Below are positions 26,371 to 40,402 of a DNA stretch of 64,000 nt, in pieces. Source of the stretch: the human T2T-CHM13v2.0 reference genome, Homo sapiens; the NCBI RefSeq assembly GCF_009914755.1, contig NC_060930.1; one strand, written 5' to 3'. The translations under genes and the position numbers were made by a program. How positions within the stretch are numbered: the first letter of the stretch is position 1; each line of letters opens with the position of its first letter. The notes beneath the pieces were generated by a model. It was given only the letters and a program-made list of their open reading frames with translations. It had not been told where the DNA came from and did not search any database.

Positions 26371-27459
26371 GTGAACTATATTTTTAAAATCGATATATAA
26401 TAATTGTACATATTTATGGGATGACGTGATATTTTGATACCTGCATAAAATGTGTAATAATCAAATCTGAGTATCCATCACTTCAAATATTTATCATTTC
26501 TTTTTGTTGTGAACATTTCAACTTTCCTAGCTATTTTGAAATATAAAATAAATTATTAACTATAGTCACCTTACTGTGTTATCAAACACTAGAGCTTATT
26601 TCGTCTATTTAATTGTATGTTTGTACCCATTAACCAACCTCTCTTCACCTTCCTCCCATCATGGTTCATAGCCTCTGGTAACCATCATTCTCCTCTCTAC
26701 CTCCTTGAGATCAACTTCTTAAGCTTCCACATATGAGTGAGAACATGTGATATTGTTTTTTTGTGCCTGCCTTATTTCACTAACCTGACCTCCAGTTCCA
26801 ACCGTGTTGCTGCAAATGACAGAATTTCATTGTTTATGGTTGAATAGCATTCCATTAAGTATAGATACCACATTTTCTTTATCCATTCATCCATTGATGG
26901 ACACTTAGGTTGATACTATATCTTAGCTATTGTGAACAATGCTGCAATAATCATGGGTATTCTTTTGATATACTGATTTCCTTTTCAGTAAATACCTAGT
27001 AGAGGGATTGCTGGATCATATGATAGTTCTGTTTTTAGCATTTGGAAAATATTCATACTCTTTTTCATTATGGGTGTACTAATTTACATTCTCTCTAACA
27101 GTGTACCAGAGTTCCCTCTCCCCATATCCTTACCAGCATCTGTTATTTTTTGTCTTTTTGATAATAGCCATTCTAACTGGGGTGAGATGGCATCTTGTGG
27201 TTTTGATTTGTATTTCTCTGATGATTAGTGATGTGAAGCATTTTTTATATACCTGTTGGTCATTTGTACATCTTCTTTTGAGAAATGTCTATTCTTGATC
27301 TGTTGTTGAATTTAGTTTGCTGGTATTGTATTGAGTACTTTTGCATCAATGTTCACCAGGGATATTAATATGTAGCTTTTTTGTTGTGTCCTTGTCATAG
27401 TTTGGATATCAGGATAATGCTGACCTTGCAGAATGAGTTAAGAAGATTCCCTCCTCTTC

Positions 27460-27462
27460 AAT

Positions 27463-27517
<55 letters not shown>

Positions 27518-27638
27518 GCCTGTCTTTCTTTCTTTCTGTCTTTCTTTCTTTTTCTTTCTTTCTTTTTTCTTTCTTTCCCTCTTTCTTTCTTTCTTTCTCT
27601 TTCCTTCTTTCTTTCTTTCTCTCTTTCTTTTTTTTTTT
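27460..27638. repeat. (CTTT)n polypyrimidine tract inside L1 ORF2
   Basis: Directly visible. Confidence 0.95.
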
Positions 27639-28340
27639 AATAGTTTGAGAAGCATTAGTGCTAGTTCTTTAAAAATTTGGTAGAATTCAGCAGCAAAGCC
27701 ATCTGGTCCTGGGCTTTTCTTTTGTGGAAGACGTTTTATTACTGATGCCATCTTCTTACTTGTTATTGGTCTGTTTAAGTTTTCTGCTTCTTCCTGATTC
27801 AATCTTGGCAGGATTTATGTGTCCAGGAATTTATTCATTTTCTCCAAATTTTCTAATTTGTCAATTATAGCTGTTCATAGTAGTCTCTAATGATGTTTTG
27901 TATCCTGTGGTATCAGTTGTAATATCTCCTTTTTAATTTCTGATTGTATTTATTTGGGTCTCTCTTTTTTTTTGTCCTTTTCTAGTCTAACTAGTGGTTT
28001 ATTGATTTTGCTTTTCTTTTTAAAAAACCAACCTTTTGTTTTACTGATGCTTTGTATTGTTAAGTCTCTATTTTGTTTAATTATGCTTTAATCTTTATTA
28101 TTTGTCTCTGAGTAATTTGGGGTTTGGTTTGTTGTATTTCTAGTTCCTTGAGGTGCATCATTAGGTTGTTTATTTAACATCTTTCTAATTTTTTTTATGT
28201 AGCTGTTTATTGCTATAAATTTTCCTCTCAGCACTGCTTTTGCTGTATTCCATAGGTTTTGGTATGTTGTATTTCGATTTTTATTTGTTTCAATAAATTT
28301 TTAAATTTTCTTCTTAATTTATTTTTTGAGTTAATGATTG

Positions 28341-28771
28341 TGCTGTAAGCTTGGATGTTTGTCCCTACCAAAAATCATGTTGAAATATGATTCCCAATGT
28401 TGGAAGCAGGCCTAATAAAAGGCATTTGGGTCATTGAGTGGATTCCTCATGAATAGATTAATGCCCTCCCTTGGGGGTTGAGTGAAGGATTAGTTCTCAT
28501 TCTGTTAGTTCCTGTGATAGCTGGTTGTTAAAAAGATCTTGGTGCCTCCCTCTCACCCTCTTGCTTCCTGATTTGTCATGTGATCTCTGCACATGCTGGC
28601 TCCTCTTCACTTTCTGCAATGGGTGAAAGTAGCCTGAGGCCCTCAGTAGACATAGATACCTAATCTTGAACTTTTACAAACATCAGAAACATGAGCCAAG
28701 TAAATCTTTTTTTCTTACAAATTATCCAATCTCAGATATTCCTTTATAGCAACACAAAATAGACTAAGATA
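28341..28771 (+). mobile_element. MaLR LTR (MSTB-like) inserted into the L1
   Basis: TGCTGTAAGCTTGGATGTTTGTCCC...CCTCATGAATAGATTAATGCC...TATAGCAACACAAAATAGACTAAGATA; L1 resumes colinearly on both sides. Confidence 0.88.
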
Positions 28772-31700
28772 GTTGTTCAGGAGTATGTTGTTTAATTTCC
28801 ACGTATTTGTACAGTTTCCAAAGTTTCTTCTCTTACTGATTTCTAGTTCTTTTTTCACTGTGATCTGAGAGATACTGGATATGATTTAAATTTTTAAATA
28901 TGTGTTAAAATTTGTTAAGACTTGTTTTGTGGCCAGCATATGGTCTATCTTGGAAAATGTTCCATGTGCTAATGAGAAGAATGTGTATTTGGTAGTTGTT
29001 GGATGAAATGCTCTGTAAGTGTCTGTTAGGTCCATTTGGTCTAAAATACAGTTTAAATCCAATGTTTCTTTGTTAATTTTCTGTCGGAATAATCTGTCCT
29101 GTGTTAAGAATGTGGTGCTGAAATCCCCAACTATTATCGTATTGGAGTCTCTCTCTCCCTTCAGATATAATATTAGCTTTATATATATGGGTGCTCTGTT
29201 GTTAGGTGCATATATATTTAGAATTCTTATATCCCCTTGCTGAATTGATTCATTTATCATTATATAATGACTTTATTTGTCTCTTTTTACGCTTGGTGAT
29301 TTGTCTGTTTTTTCTGATATAAGTATAGCTACTCCTGCTCACTTTGGGTTTCCATTTGTGTGGAATGTTTTATCCATCCCTTCACTTTCAAGTCTATATG
29401 CGTCTTTAGAGATGAAGTGAGTTATTGTAGACAGCACAGAGTTGAATTATGGTTTTTATCCTTTAATTCAGTTTATACCTTTTAGATGGGGGATTCAATC
29501 TATTTACCTTCAAGGTTACAGTTGATAAGTGAGGACTTATTCCTGACATTTTGTTAATTGTTTTCTATCTATTTTGTATATCCTTTCTTTTTTTTACTTT
29601 CTCTCTTATTGTGAGTATATTTTCTGTAGTGGTAACATTTGACTCTTTTCTCTTTTTCATTTGTGTCTTTTCTCTGCCAGTGAGTTTTATACTTTCTTGT
29701 TTTTTCCTGATGGTAGATATTATTCTTTCGCTTCCAGATATAGGTCTCCTTCAAGAATTTCTTGTAAAGCCAGTCTAATGGTAATGAATTCCTTCCATTT
29801 TTATTATTTGTTTGGAAAAGACTTTATTTCTCTTTCATTTTTGAAGGACAACATTACTTGGTATAGTATTCTTGACTAGCAATTTTTTTTCAGCACTTTG
29901 AATATATCATCTCGTCCTCTCTAGACCTATAAAGTTTTTACTGAGAAATCCAGTGTTAGTATGATAGAGATTCCCTTATATGTGACTTGAATCTTTTCTC
30001 TTGCTGTTTTAAAAATTCTTTCTTTGTCTTTGACTTTTGGAAGTTTGACTTCTGTGCCTTGGAGAAGGTGTTTTCAAGTTGAATCTATTTGGGGACATTT
30101 GAGTTTCCTGTATCTGAATGTCTTCCAAGACTTGGGAAGTTTTCAGCTCCAATTTTATTAAATAGATTTTCTATGCTTTAAATTATCTCTTCTCCTTCTG
30201 GAAATCTCCGAATTCAAAAATTTGGGTGCTTTATGGCACCCTATATGTTGTATAGGCTTTCTGCATCCTTTTTTTTTCTTTTCTTTTTGGTCTTACTGGG
30301 TTATTTCAAAATGCCTGTCATGAAGTTTAGAAAGCCTTTCTGCTTGATCTAGTCTATTGTTGAAGCACTCAATTGCATTTTTATTTTATTTATTGAATTA
30401 TATAATTCCAGGATTTCTGGGTTTTCATTTTTTAAAAAATAACTTCTGTTAAATTTCTCATTCATATCATAAATTAGTTTTCTGATTTATTTGCATTTTT
30501 TATCTGTGTTCTCTTCTATCTCACTGAGTTTCTTTAATATTATTATTTTGATTTATTTTTCAGACATTTCATAACTTTCCTTTTTGGAGGAAATTTGTTA
30601 CTGGTGAATTATTGTGTTCTTTTGGAAGTGTTATGTTTCCTTGCTTTTTCATATTTTTGGTGTCCTTCTGTAGATATTTGTGCATCTAGTGTAACAGTTG
30701 CTTTTCTCATTGTTTATGGATTGGCTTTCTTAGGAAAATTTTTTTTTCTATAGATGGATTTATAGTGTTGGTTGGGTAAGGTGCTTTGGCTTTGATTCTG
30801 TGTGGAGGCAATAGTGTAGTATCCATATGATTTCTTCAGCTGTAATCAGCATGAGTGGTGTCTGTGAGTTCCTCAGTGGCTTGCACTGCACTTGTTAGAG
30901 GAGGCCGTTGTTAGGCTTTGCTGGGGATGGGAATGCCAGGCAGGCTGGCAATTGGGCACCAGTGGTAGCAGTGGTGAGCAGGAAGGCCTGTCCTCAGGCC
31001 CCCAGATGGCATGTGCAGATGCTTATAGTGGTAGGTGAGGTGGATCAATCACCAGGCTCCCAAATGTTCTGTTCAGATGCCAGTGACAGTGGGTGAGGTA
31101 GGCCTGTTCTCAGGCTCCTGAATGGTTTGTATAGGCACTAGCAGTAGTGGACAGAATGGGTGAATCTTTGTGTCCCCAGATGCTGTGTGTGAAAGCTGGT
31201 GGCAGCATCAGCCGGTAGTATGGGCTTGCCTCAGGCCCTGATGTTGTGTGGAGGCACAGGCTGTGGCAGGTGGGTAGGATTGATTCCCAGACCTACAAAC
31301 AATATGGTTGGGCACAGGAAGCAGTGGGTGAGGTAGACTTGTCCTCAGGCCCCAGATGTTAAGCACAGGTGCTGGCAGTGATGACAGTGGACATGGCAAC
31401 CCTGTCCTCAGACACCCTGAGGGTGTATGTTAATGGCAGTGGCAGCAAGTGGGGTGAGTCAATTCCTAGGCCCCCATAAGATTTGTGTAGGTGCCAGCAG
31501 GTGGAGTCGCCTCTCTTCAGTGTGCTATGGGTACCAGTGTCAGTGGGTTGATGTCCAGGCCCCCAGATGGCATATTTGTGTTCAGAAAGTAGTGGTCATG
31601 GCAAGCTTGTCCTCAGGATCTGGATGAAATTTGTAGGCCTGGCAATGTCAGCTGTGGGCAGGGTGGGCTTGTCATCAGGACCCTGGATGGTGCATGCAGG

Positions 31701-32117
31701 CACAGGTTATTGCAGATGGAGTACGTAGATTCCCAGGGCCCTGGACAACATATGCAGAGACTGATGGTAGCAAGTGGGGCAGGCCTATCCTCGGGCCTCC
31801 AAACGGTGTGCGTGGAAGCCCACAGTGGCAGGTGAGGCAGGTTGATCTCCATTGCCCCCAGATGACATGTACCAGATGACATGGCACCAGTGGTAGCAAG
31901 GGCAGACCTCTCCTCAGTAACTCAGCTCTGTAAAGCATTTTCCTCATTCCCTGCCCTGCTTTCATGCTCAGGGCCAGAATCTGCCAAGGAGGTGCATGCA
32001 AATCATGACACCAGGAGCTGCCATGGGGATTGACCATGTTGCTGTGGTGTGCGCCCACCTGCTCTGGCCAGTGCAGCCAGGATATCCGAGTCATCCAGTG
32101 CTTCACACTAAGAGTCA

Positions 32118-32944
<827 letters not shown>

Positions 32945-33049
32945 CCAAGAATATAAATATTTAAATTAACCTGATAAATTGTATGTGCCAAAACCTATAA
33001 AACAATATACTTAATGCTGACATGATACAGTCATTTATTTTATGATAAA

Positions 33050-33650
33050 ACTGCATTTTTCCCCTTACACCATGCAAAAAACTCAAATCCAAGTGGATAA
33101 AGCCACTAATGCAAAAAGAACACCTTCCAAATTCTTAGAAGAGTAACTTGAAAATATATTTAAGACCCCCCTTTAATGGTGTAGGAATAGATTTATATTT
33201 TTAAAGGCAAACACCATAAAGAAAATATAGTTATGTAAAGACATATCAATTATAACTTTTCATAGCTGCATGATTTGCAATAGCCTCCAACTAGAAATAG
33301 GACAAGGAATAATTGGACTGTGGTATTTTTATGCAATACAATATTATACAGTCATGAAAATGCATGAACTAATAATATGCTACCCTTATTAATGTGGAGG
33401 AATTTATAAGTATAATCTCAAAAGTAAACATAATTTGCAAAAGAATGCAGAGTATATAGTTTATATAGATGTTTTGAAACATTTGAAATAATAGTATATA
33501 TTACTTTATAACTTATACTACAAATTTATGTAGAAAAATGCATAAGTAAATGATGGTAATGGTAAATTCATCTCTAGTAGTGGGAGTAGGGCTATGGCCA
33601 GATGAAATCTAAGGGAGTTTCCTCTATAATGCCTGATTTTGTGTTTATTA
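33050..33650 (+). mobile_element. Very old L1ME-like 3' remnants
   Basis: CTTACACCATGCAAAAAA, TGTGGTATTTTTATGCAATACAATATTATACAGTCATGAAAA. Confidence 0.45.
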
Positions 33651-35290
33651 TACTTTTCAGGTTCTTCTTTGTGTTATAATGATTTTAAACAATGACACAT
33701 CTACAGTCCAGGTTGATTACTTCTGACCTACCTGAAATTTTAGTAATTTCACAGAATGTTTGTATATCCTTGAAGGAGATATTTTCTTGGTACCTCTCAA
33801 TTTTTTTCTCCTTTCTTCTATTCAACAAATAGTTATTGAGTCTCTATTATGTGTTGGATCTAGTATTAGGTACTTAGATTTTTCCCCCAAAAGAAATAGA
33901 AATTTATTATAGATCATTATTCTAATTCCTCCCAGGTCTAATAATGTTTGATCCATTTGGCTCAAATTTGGGATGACTCCCTTTTTTCACAGAGATCTCT
34001 CTGGAATAGCCTCTCTGAGGGCACTAGACGGTAGATGGATACCTCCCACTTTAGCTCCTTCCTTTTGCCTATAGGTCACCAGCTGAAAGCTTTCCTAGCT
34101 GCTATGTTTCTAAAACATGGCTTTGTTTTATATCCCTCTGAAATGAGTCCTTACTTTTATTTATCTCTCTGAACAGAAAAACAAATAACTCCTTTATTAA
34201 AAACTTTTCTCTTCTTTTTAAATTGCCCTAAACCTGACAGACATGGAAATATACACATGGTTCATTGCTGAGGACTTTTACATGTTCAGATAAAGCTTTT
34301 GCACCTATAGCCACTACTACAGGCTGAGTGCTAATCATTTTCCAATTCCTACCTGCTCAAAATATGTTTTATTGTAAATATTTCTAATTTCCAGGAAATC
34401 TGATAAGTAGCATTCATGCTTTTCATATTTGCTTTTTTAAAAAATGTGGCTTCCTTGTCCCATTGTGAAAAGCTAAAATGACTTGAGGAAATTCATTACT
34501 TTTTTTGTACATTCTTACTTAGCTATTTCCTCACATGACATTTGTCTTGAAATCCTCCCACATACCCTTTCAGAACCTTGCTAAGAAGGAGTTGTCATTC
34601 ATTGGTCATGCAGAAAGGTTATTTGAGGCAAAATACATTTGTAATTTAGGAAAGTTATCTAAAATATATTACTTTTTGAGATTTTTCTATATTGAAGTCA
34701 CAAAACAGTGGTTCTGCTCAGTCTACCATAGGAATAGATATAGGACATTATATTTAACCTTCCAAATGTATTTTTCCAGTGTTTTTGCCTGCCATTGCAA
34801 GCATCAGATGACTGGACAGGGCACCATATAATGACATCATGGAGCTGTCAGTCTTTTTATCGCCATCTGAGGCAGGCTTCCTGGACCTTGGATTAAGTGT
34901 GCTGCTCTTGTGAGGAGGAAGAATGACACCAAACAGTGGCTGTATAAACAGCTAGAGCGGAATAATCCAAAGAGGGTCGGTCAAACTCATGCTATATACA
35001 AGCACTGAAGATCAGCTTAATGAACTACTGTTGAATTAGAGTTATGGAAACCGTGTTGTCATAAGGGAAACAGAGATGGAAGACTAGACCTGAGTGTTTG
35101 TAGAAACATTTCAGGGGGTAAATTTTAAAATCACAGAGAATATAACTGCAGTGGAAGACCACAAGTTGTGTCAAACGCTAAGTGTTGTGTTAAAAGCTAA
35201 GTAAAGGGATCTGAGACAAATAATGTGGAAAGAGTCTGTAAGACTTCATTGTAAAAAAAAAAATCAAACTCATTCAGCACCTGTAGATAG

Positions 35291-35292
<2 letters not shown>

Positions 35293-35340
<48 letters not shown>
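35293..35340. repeat. (GT)n microsatellite, about 24 units
   Basis: Directly visible. Confidence 0.97.
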
Positions 35341-35342
<2 letters not shown>

Positions 35343-36789
35343 GAGGTATAATTGAGCCCTGTTCCAAAAGGTAGTTTGTGCAGTGATTATACTCAAGGTC
35401 AAAATCATTCATCAAAGACAAATGCATAGTCATTTAATTTAACAAGGACTTAAGATTACTCACAGGCTTTTTAGCTACATTGGTACTTGTAATGTTTGAT
35501 TCAAACCACATTTGAAGAGGTTACAGTCATGGCTTTTTGGCTGAATGCTGCAGGTCAGCCCAAGAAAAATAGGCAAGCTAAAGCACTGGGCAAGGAAAAG
35601 GGCCCAATGGAAAGCAACAGCTAATATTCTAGACTTGGCAGCAGTCAGGAGGACAGGTGGCAAAAATCTTTCATGCTGAAAACCAGTCTGAAAGGTGACA
35701 TTGAACATGGGCAATAGAGAAAGGTTTAACAGTCTGATTCCTCAATTTAGAAATGCTACTGAGAACACAATGTTCCATAGAACAAGGATCAAAATTCTCA
35801 GCTAAAGACACTTTGTATGTAGAAAGAAAAAGGGCATTGCTATAAATATCAGATGCTTTATTGCATGGCATGCCAAAGGGAAGATAACGAAAGCAGTATC
35901 ATATTCTCTAACAGTGAAAATGAATCTGGGGTGAATACTTCTACCAGAATCACAGAAGTGTGGATGTTAAAACATAAATGTGGGATCTTTAGCATTTTAC
36001 AAGTATAGTTGCCTTTAAAATTCAGACAAATTGTGTAGTACTGATAACATAAATGTATAATATAGGGATAAAATGTTCAGATTTTAGGACAATATTAGAG
36101 ACCTTCTTCCAGGTTTCATGCAGGTGATTAAACTGCCCAAGGACTTTGAAAAGATACATAAGAAAGCTAAAGAGAAAGGGTGAGAACTGGCAGCAGTTAT
36201 CTAAAGGAGGATGTAGAGAAGGAAGATGACAAAAAATTGAAGGTACTGAAGTAAACAGCCAACCCATGTAGTATTTGATGTAGAAAACTACTGAAATGTA
36301 GACTCATGAGTTGTACAGGCTGGAGAAAGGTAAGAAGAAGAAATGAGACTACTGTATCGCCAGAGCTGTAAGTATCCACGCCAAAACCCCAGACTGGCTA
36401 CCCTCAGTGCCAGAAGAGGCAGGAACAGGATTTCGGATCAGTATTCAAATGCTGCAGATAGCTACCAAGTGATGTAACTTTTGCCATCAGTGTGGCTCTT
36501 TTTCATGCCTGGATATTATTTAATTTCCCTGTAACTTGGGAATATTTAGGATTTCATACACTTCTTTTTCCTTCTTCCATCATTGGCACTCGTTATTTTG
36601 CCCCGATCCTTTATGATAAGCACTTGGGTTTCTGAGTGAAATATACTGATATTCTGAAACCTGTTTTTTTGTTTTATTTATTTATTTTTTGTTTTGTTTT
36701 GTTTTGGTCTGTGATATTTCAGCAGCTTACATTTCTTCAAGGGAACTTTAGATTTCTGAAATTTCTGCTCCAAGATTTTGCCTTTATTC

Positions 36790-38769
36790 AATTATTTTTA
36801 CTGCATACATTTAAGGTGCACGACATGATGTTTTGATATACTTATCCTGATATACATACACATAATGAAGTGATCACTACAGGCAAACAAATTAACATAT
36901 CTATCATCATATAATTACTTTTTTGTGGCCAGTGTATCTAAAACCTACTCTTTTGGAAAATTGTCAGTATATAATGCAATATTTTTAACTATAGTCCTCA
37001 AATTGTACATTAGATCTCTAAATATATTCATCCTACATAACTGCAAGTTTGTATTCTTTGACCTGTATTTTCCCATTTCTCCCTTGCTCCAACCCACCCC
37101 CGTTAACCACCATTCTATTCTCTGTTTCTATGTCTTCAATTATTTTTTAAGATTCCACATATTAGCAAGAACATGAATTATTTTTTTTCTGTCTTTGGCT
37201 TATTTTACTTAGCATAATATCCTCTAGGTTCATCCATGTTGTTACAAGTGGCAAGGTCCTCTTTTTTAAGGCTGAATAATATTCAATTGTATATACATAA
37301 ATTTTTAATTCATTAATCTGTCAACAGATACTTCAGTTGTTTTCAGATCTTGACTATTGTGAATAATTGTTGTAACTAATATGGAAAAGCAAATATCTTT
37401 ACTAGGCGGTGCCTTTACTCCTTTGAGTATATACCTAGAAGAGGAATTACTGGGTCATATGGTAGTTTCATGTTTAATTTCTTTAGGATTTCCATACTTT
37501 TTTCCATAATAGTTGCACAAATTGAATTCCCCACCAACAGTGTACAAGGGTTTCTTTTCCTTGATGCCCTCACCAACACTTGTTATTTCTTGTCTTTTCG
37601 ATAAAAGCCATCCTGACAGGTGTGAGATGATATCTTGTTGTGGTTTTTATTTGCGTTTCTCTAATGATAGTGATGTTGAGCACATTTTTATATAATACCT
37701 GTTGCTCATTTCTATGTCTTCTTTGGAAAAATGTCTATTCAGGTCCTCTGCTCATTTTTAATGAGGTTATTGTTATAGTTATTCCTATTATATGCTATTG
37801 AGCTGTGTGAGTTCTTTACATATTCTTATGTTAACCCCTTATCAGATATATGGTTCACAAATATTTGTTTCCCAACACAAGCCATTTCATTTTGTTTAGT
37901 GTTTCATTTGCCCTGGAGAAGCTTTTTCTTTCTTTCTTTCTTTCTTTTTTTTTTGATGTAGTCCTATTTGTTTATTTTTGCTTTTCTTACCTGTGCTTTT
38001 GGTGTCATATCTGAAAAATCATTGCCCAGACCAATGTCAAGAAGCTTTTCTCTTATGCTATTTTTCTTTCAGAAGATACAGTTTCAGATCTAATGTTGAA
38101 GTCTTTAACACATTTCCAGTTGATTTTTTAAAAGATAAGGGTTCAATTTTATTCTTTTGCTGTGGATATCCATTTTTTCCTATGCCATTTATTGAAAAGA
38201 CTATCCTTTCTCCATAGCGTCTTCTTGCTGCCCTTGTTTAAAATTAATGGACTGTACATACCTGGGTTTATTTCTGACCTCTCTATTTTGTTTCATTGAC
38301 CTACATGTCTCTTTTTATGGCAGTGCCACACTGTTTTGATTACTATTGCTTTGTAGTAGAGTTTGAAATTAGGTACTATGATGCCTCCAGCTTTGCTCTT
38401 TTCATTCAGGGTTGCTTTGGCTAGTCAGAGTCTTTTGTGGTTCTGTATGTAGTGAATTTTAAGATTGTCTTTTCTATTACTGTGAAAAATGTCATTGAAA
38501 TTTTGGTAGAGACTGCATTGAATCTGTTGGTCACTTTGGGTAGAATGAACATTTTAACAATATTGAAATGTCTTCCAATCCATGAACACGGGATATCTTT
38601 CTGCTTACTTGTGACTTCAATATTTTCATCAATGTTTTATAGTTTTCTGTGTACATATATTTTATCTCTATGGTTAAATTTATTCCTAAATATTTTATTT
38701 TATTTTATTTTATTTTTGGAATAGCATTCCTATACACTAAAAATAAACTATCTAAAAAAGAAATCAAGA
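36790..38769 (-). mobile_element. 5'-truncated L1MA (about L1MA8-10) with a short 5' inversion
   Basis: Antisense L1MA 3'UTR and ORF2 to ~38718, then a plus-strand ORF2 piece 38722-38769 (AFLYTKNKLSKKEIK). Confidence 0.88.
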
Positions 38770-39179
38770 CATTGCTTTTTAAAGGGCCTGAAGGGCAACC
38801 CAGTGCCTTCTCTGGACTGGACTCCTGGAGCCTTCTTGGCATTCCTTCCCTTCTCCACGTTCCAATGAGCACACCACAGTCTCTTCTTAGACTAAGTGCA
38901 GGACCCAGACTCTTGGACTTTTTTCAGAACTTCTGTTCTATTCCTATTTGTCTTTTCTCCAGCTGCCTCTCAACCCTCCATCTGTACTGCCATCTGCTGG
39001 TTACGAACAGCCTTGTTCTTTAACAGCTTTGTTTTGGATCTAGTTAATATCAAGAAATAACCACGGTAATAATAAACAGTAAAAGATGATATATATTTAA
39101 AAATTATTGTGGACAAAACAAAAATTTTTTTATATCATGGAACTTTAACAATAAAATAAATAAAAATGCATTTGATATT

Positions 39180-39640
39180 AGATAGAGATAACTGCTAACA
39201 AGAACAAAATAAAAAAGAGAAAGGAGTATAAAATGTCTTGGAGGTTAAAATTTGTGATGGGGTATGTAGGGAAGATCTCTTTAAGAAAGTGACTTTTGAA
39301 TAAACATTTGAGGAAGTGAGGAGCCAGCCATGTGGCTACCTTGTGAAAGACCATTCTAGACAAAGAAGAGCAGGAACAAAGGCCCTGAGGTGACAGCAAG
39401 CCTGGCATGTTCAAGACACAACAGAGGAGAAGGCATTGTAGATGGAGAAGGAGTGGTAAAGGTTGTGAGTGGTAAGAGAAGTTTTCAGAGAGGTCATTAG
39501 AACCAGTGCATGTAGGGCTCTTGTGGTCATTGTAGACATTTTGCATTTGATTCTAAAGCAGGGTTCTGGACAAAAGAAAGATATGACCTGTTTCATTTTT
39601 TAACAGTACTACTCTAGTTGCTTTATGGATAATATATTGT
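39180..39640 (-). mobile_element. L2 fragment
   Basis: AAGTGAGGAGCCAGCCATGTGG, CAAAGGCCCTGAGG and TGTAGGGCTCTTGTGGTCATTGTAG. Confidence 0.8.
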
Positions 39641-39892
39641 GTCTTAGAGATGTCAACAGATTTACTTAACCTTCTGAGACTTAAAGCCTAGGTGCCTAAC
39701 CAAAAATATATCTAAACTAGTCAAATTGGTAACAAAAGTGGTTTAACCCAGAGCCAGTGAGTAAGACTTACCGACTTTATAGAATAATCATGCTTCTTAA
39801 AGCATCACAAGAAGATTGAAAATGCAACCTAAACCTAGGAGGGTAAAGTAGAATGCACAAGCCAGGGAAGCCTTACCTGAAATGCCTCTACG

Positions 39893-40402
39893 GCAGCAGT
39901 TCTCAAATTTCTTGATTTGGAGACTTCCCGGAACTTCTTATTCTTTAAAATTATTGAAGACCCCAAAGACTCTATGATTATGTGGGTTAAATACATTGGT
40001 ATTTACCATAATGAAAATTATTAATAAATTAAGATACTTTAAAAATAGTTATATGTTTGTTCACTCAGGAAAGACAATAATAAATCCATTATGTTTACAT
40101 AAATAACATAACTTTTTGAGCAGTAACTATATTTCCCAAATAAAAACTTGAGTGGGAAGAGTGGCATCATTTTACATTTATGTAAATCTCCTTGACACCT
40201 GGCTTAATACATAACAGTTGATTTTTTCTAATCTGCTTCACCATTTCTTCTTTTAAGAAAACACACACCATGTAGCTTGTGGAAAACTACACTGTATAAT
40301 AAAGAAAGTTTGAGAGCAAAAAACACAGATAACACCTTTTTTGATTATTAAAATATTTTTGACCTGTGGATTTCCTGAAAAACAGGTCTCTGAACTACAC
40401 TT
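39893..40402 (-). mobile_element. Charlie1-type hAT DNA transposon fossil (internally deleted)
   Basis: CAGCAGTTCTCAAA terminus, AAAATTATTGAAGACCCCAAAGA, GTGGGAAGAGTGGCAT and TTTTGACCTGTGGA. Confidence 0.7.

Larger units (their letters stand above)
26385..31920 (-). mobile_element. Near-full-length L1MA-type LINE-1 (3'UTR to repetitive 5'UTR) with a ~1.5-kb internal ORF2 deletion
   Basis: L1MA 3'UTR from 26385. ORF2 pieces 27458..27802 ([15 protein letters not shown]) and 28886..29260 (NIYAPNN...IIVGDF...FSKIDH). ORF1 remnants ~29750-30600; GC-richer tandem 5'UTR 30900-31920. Confidence 0.88.
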
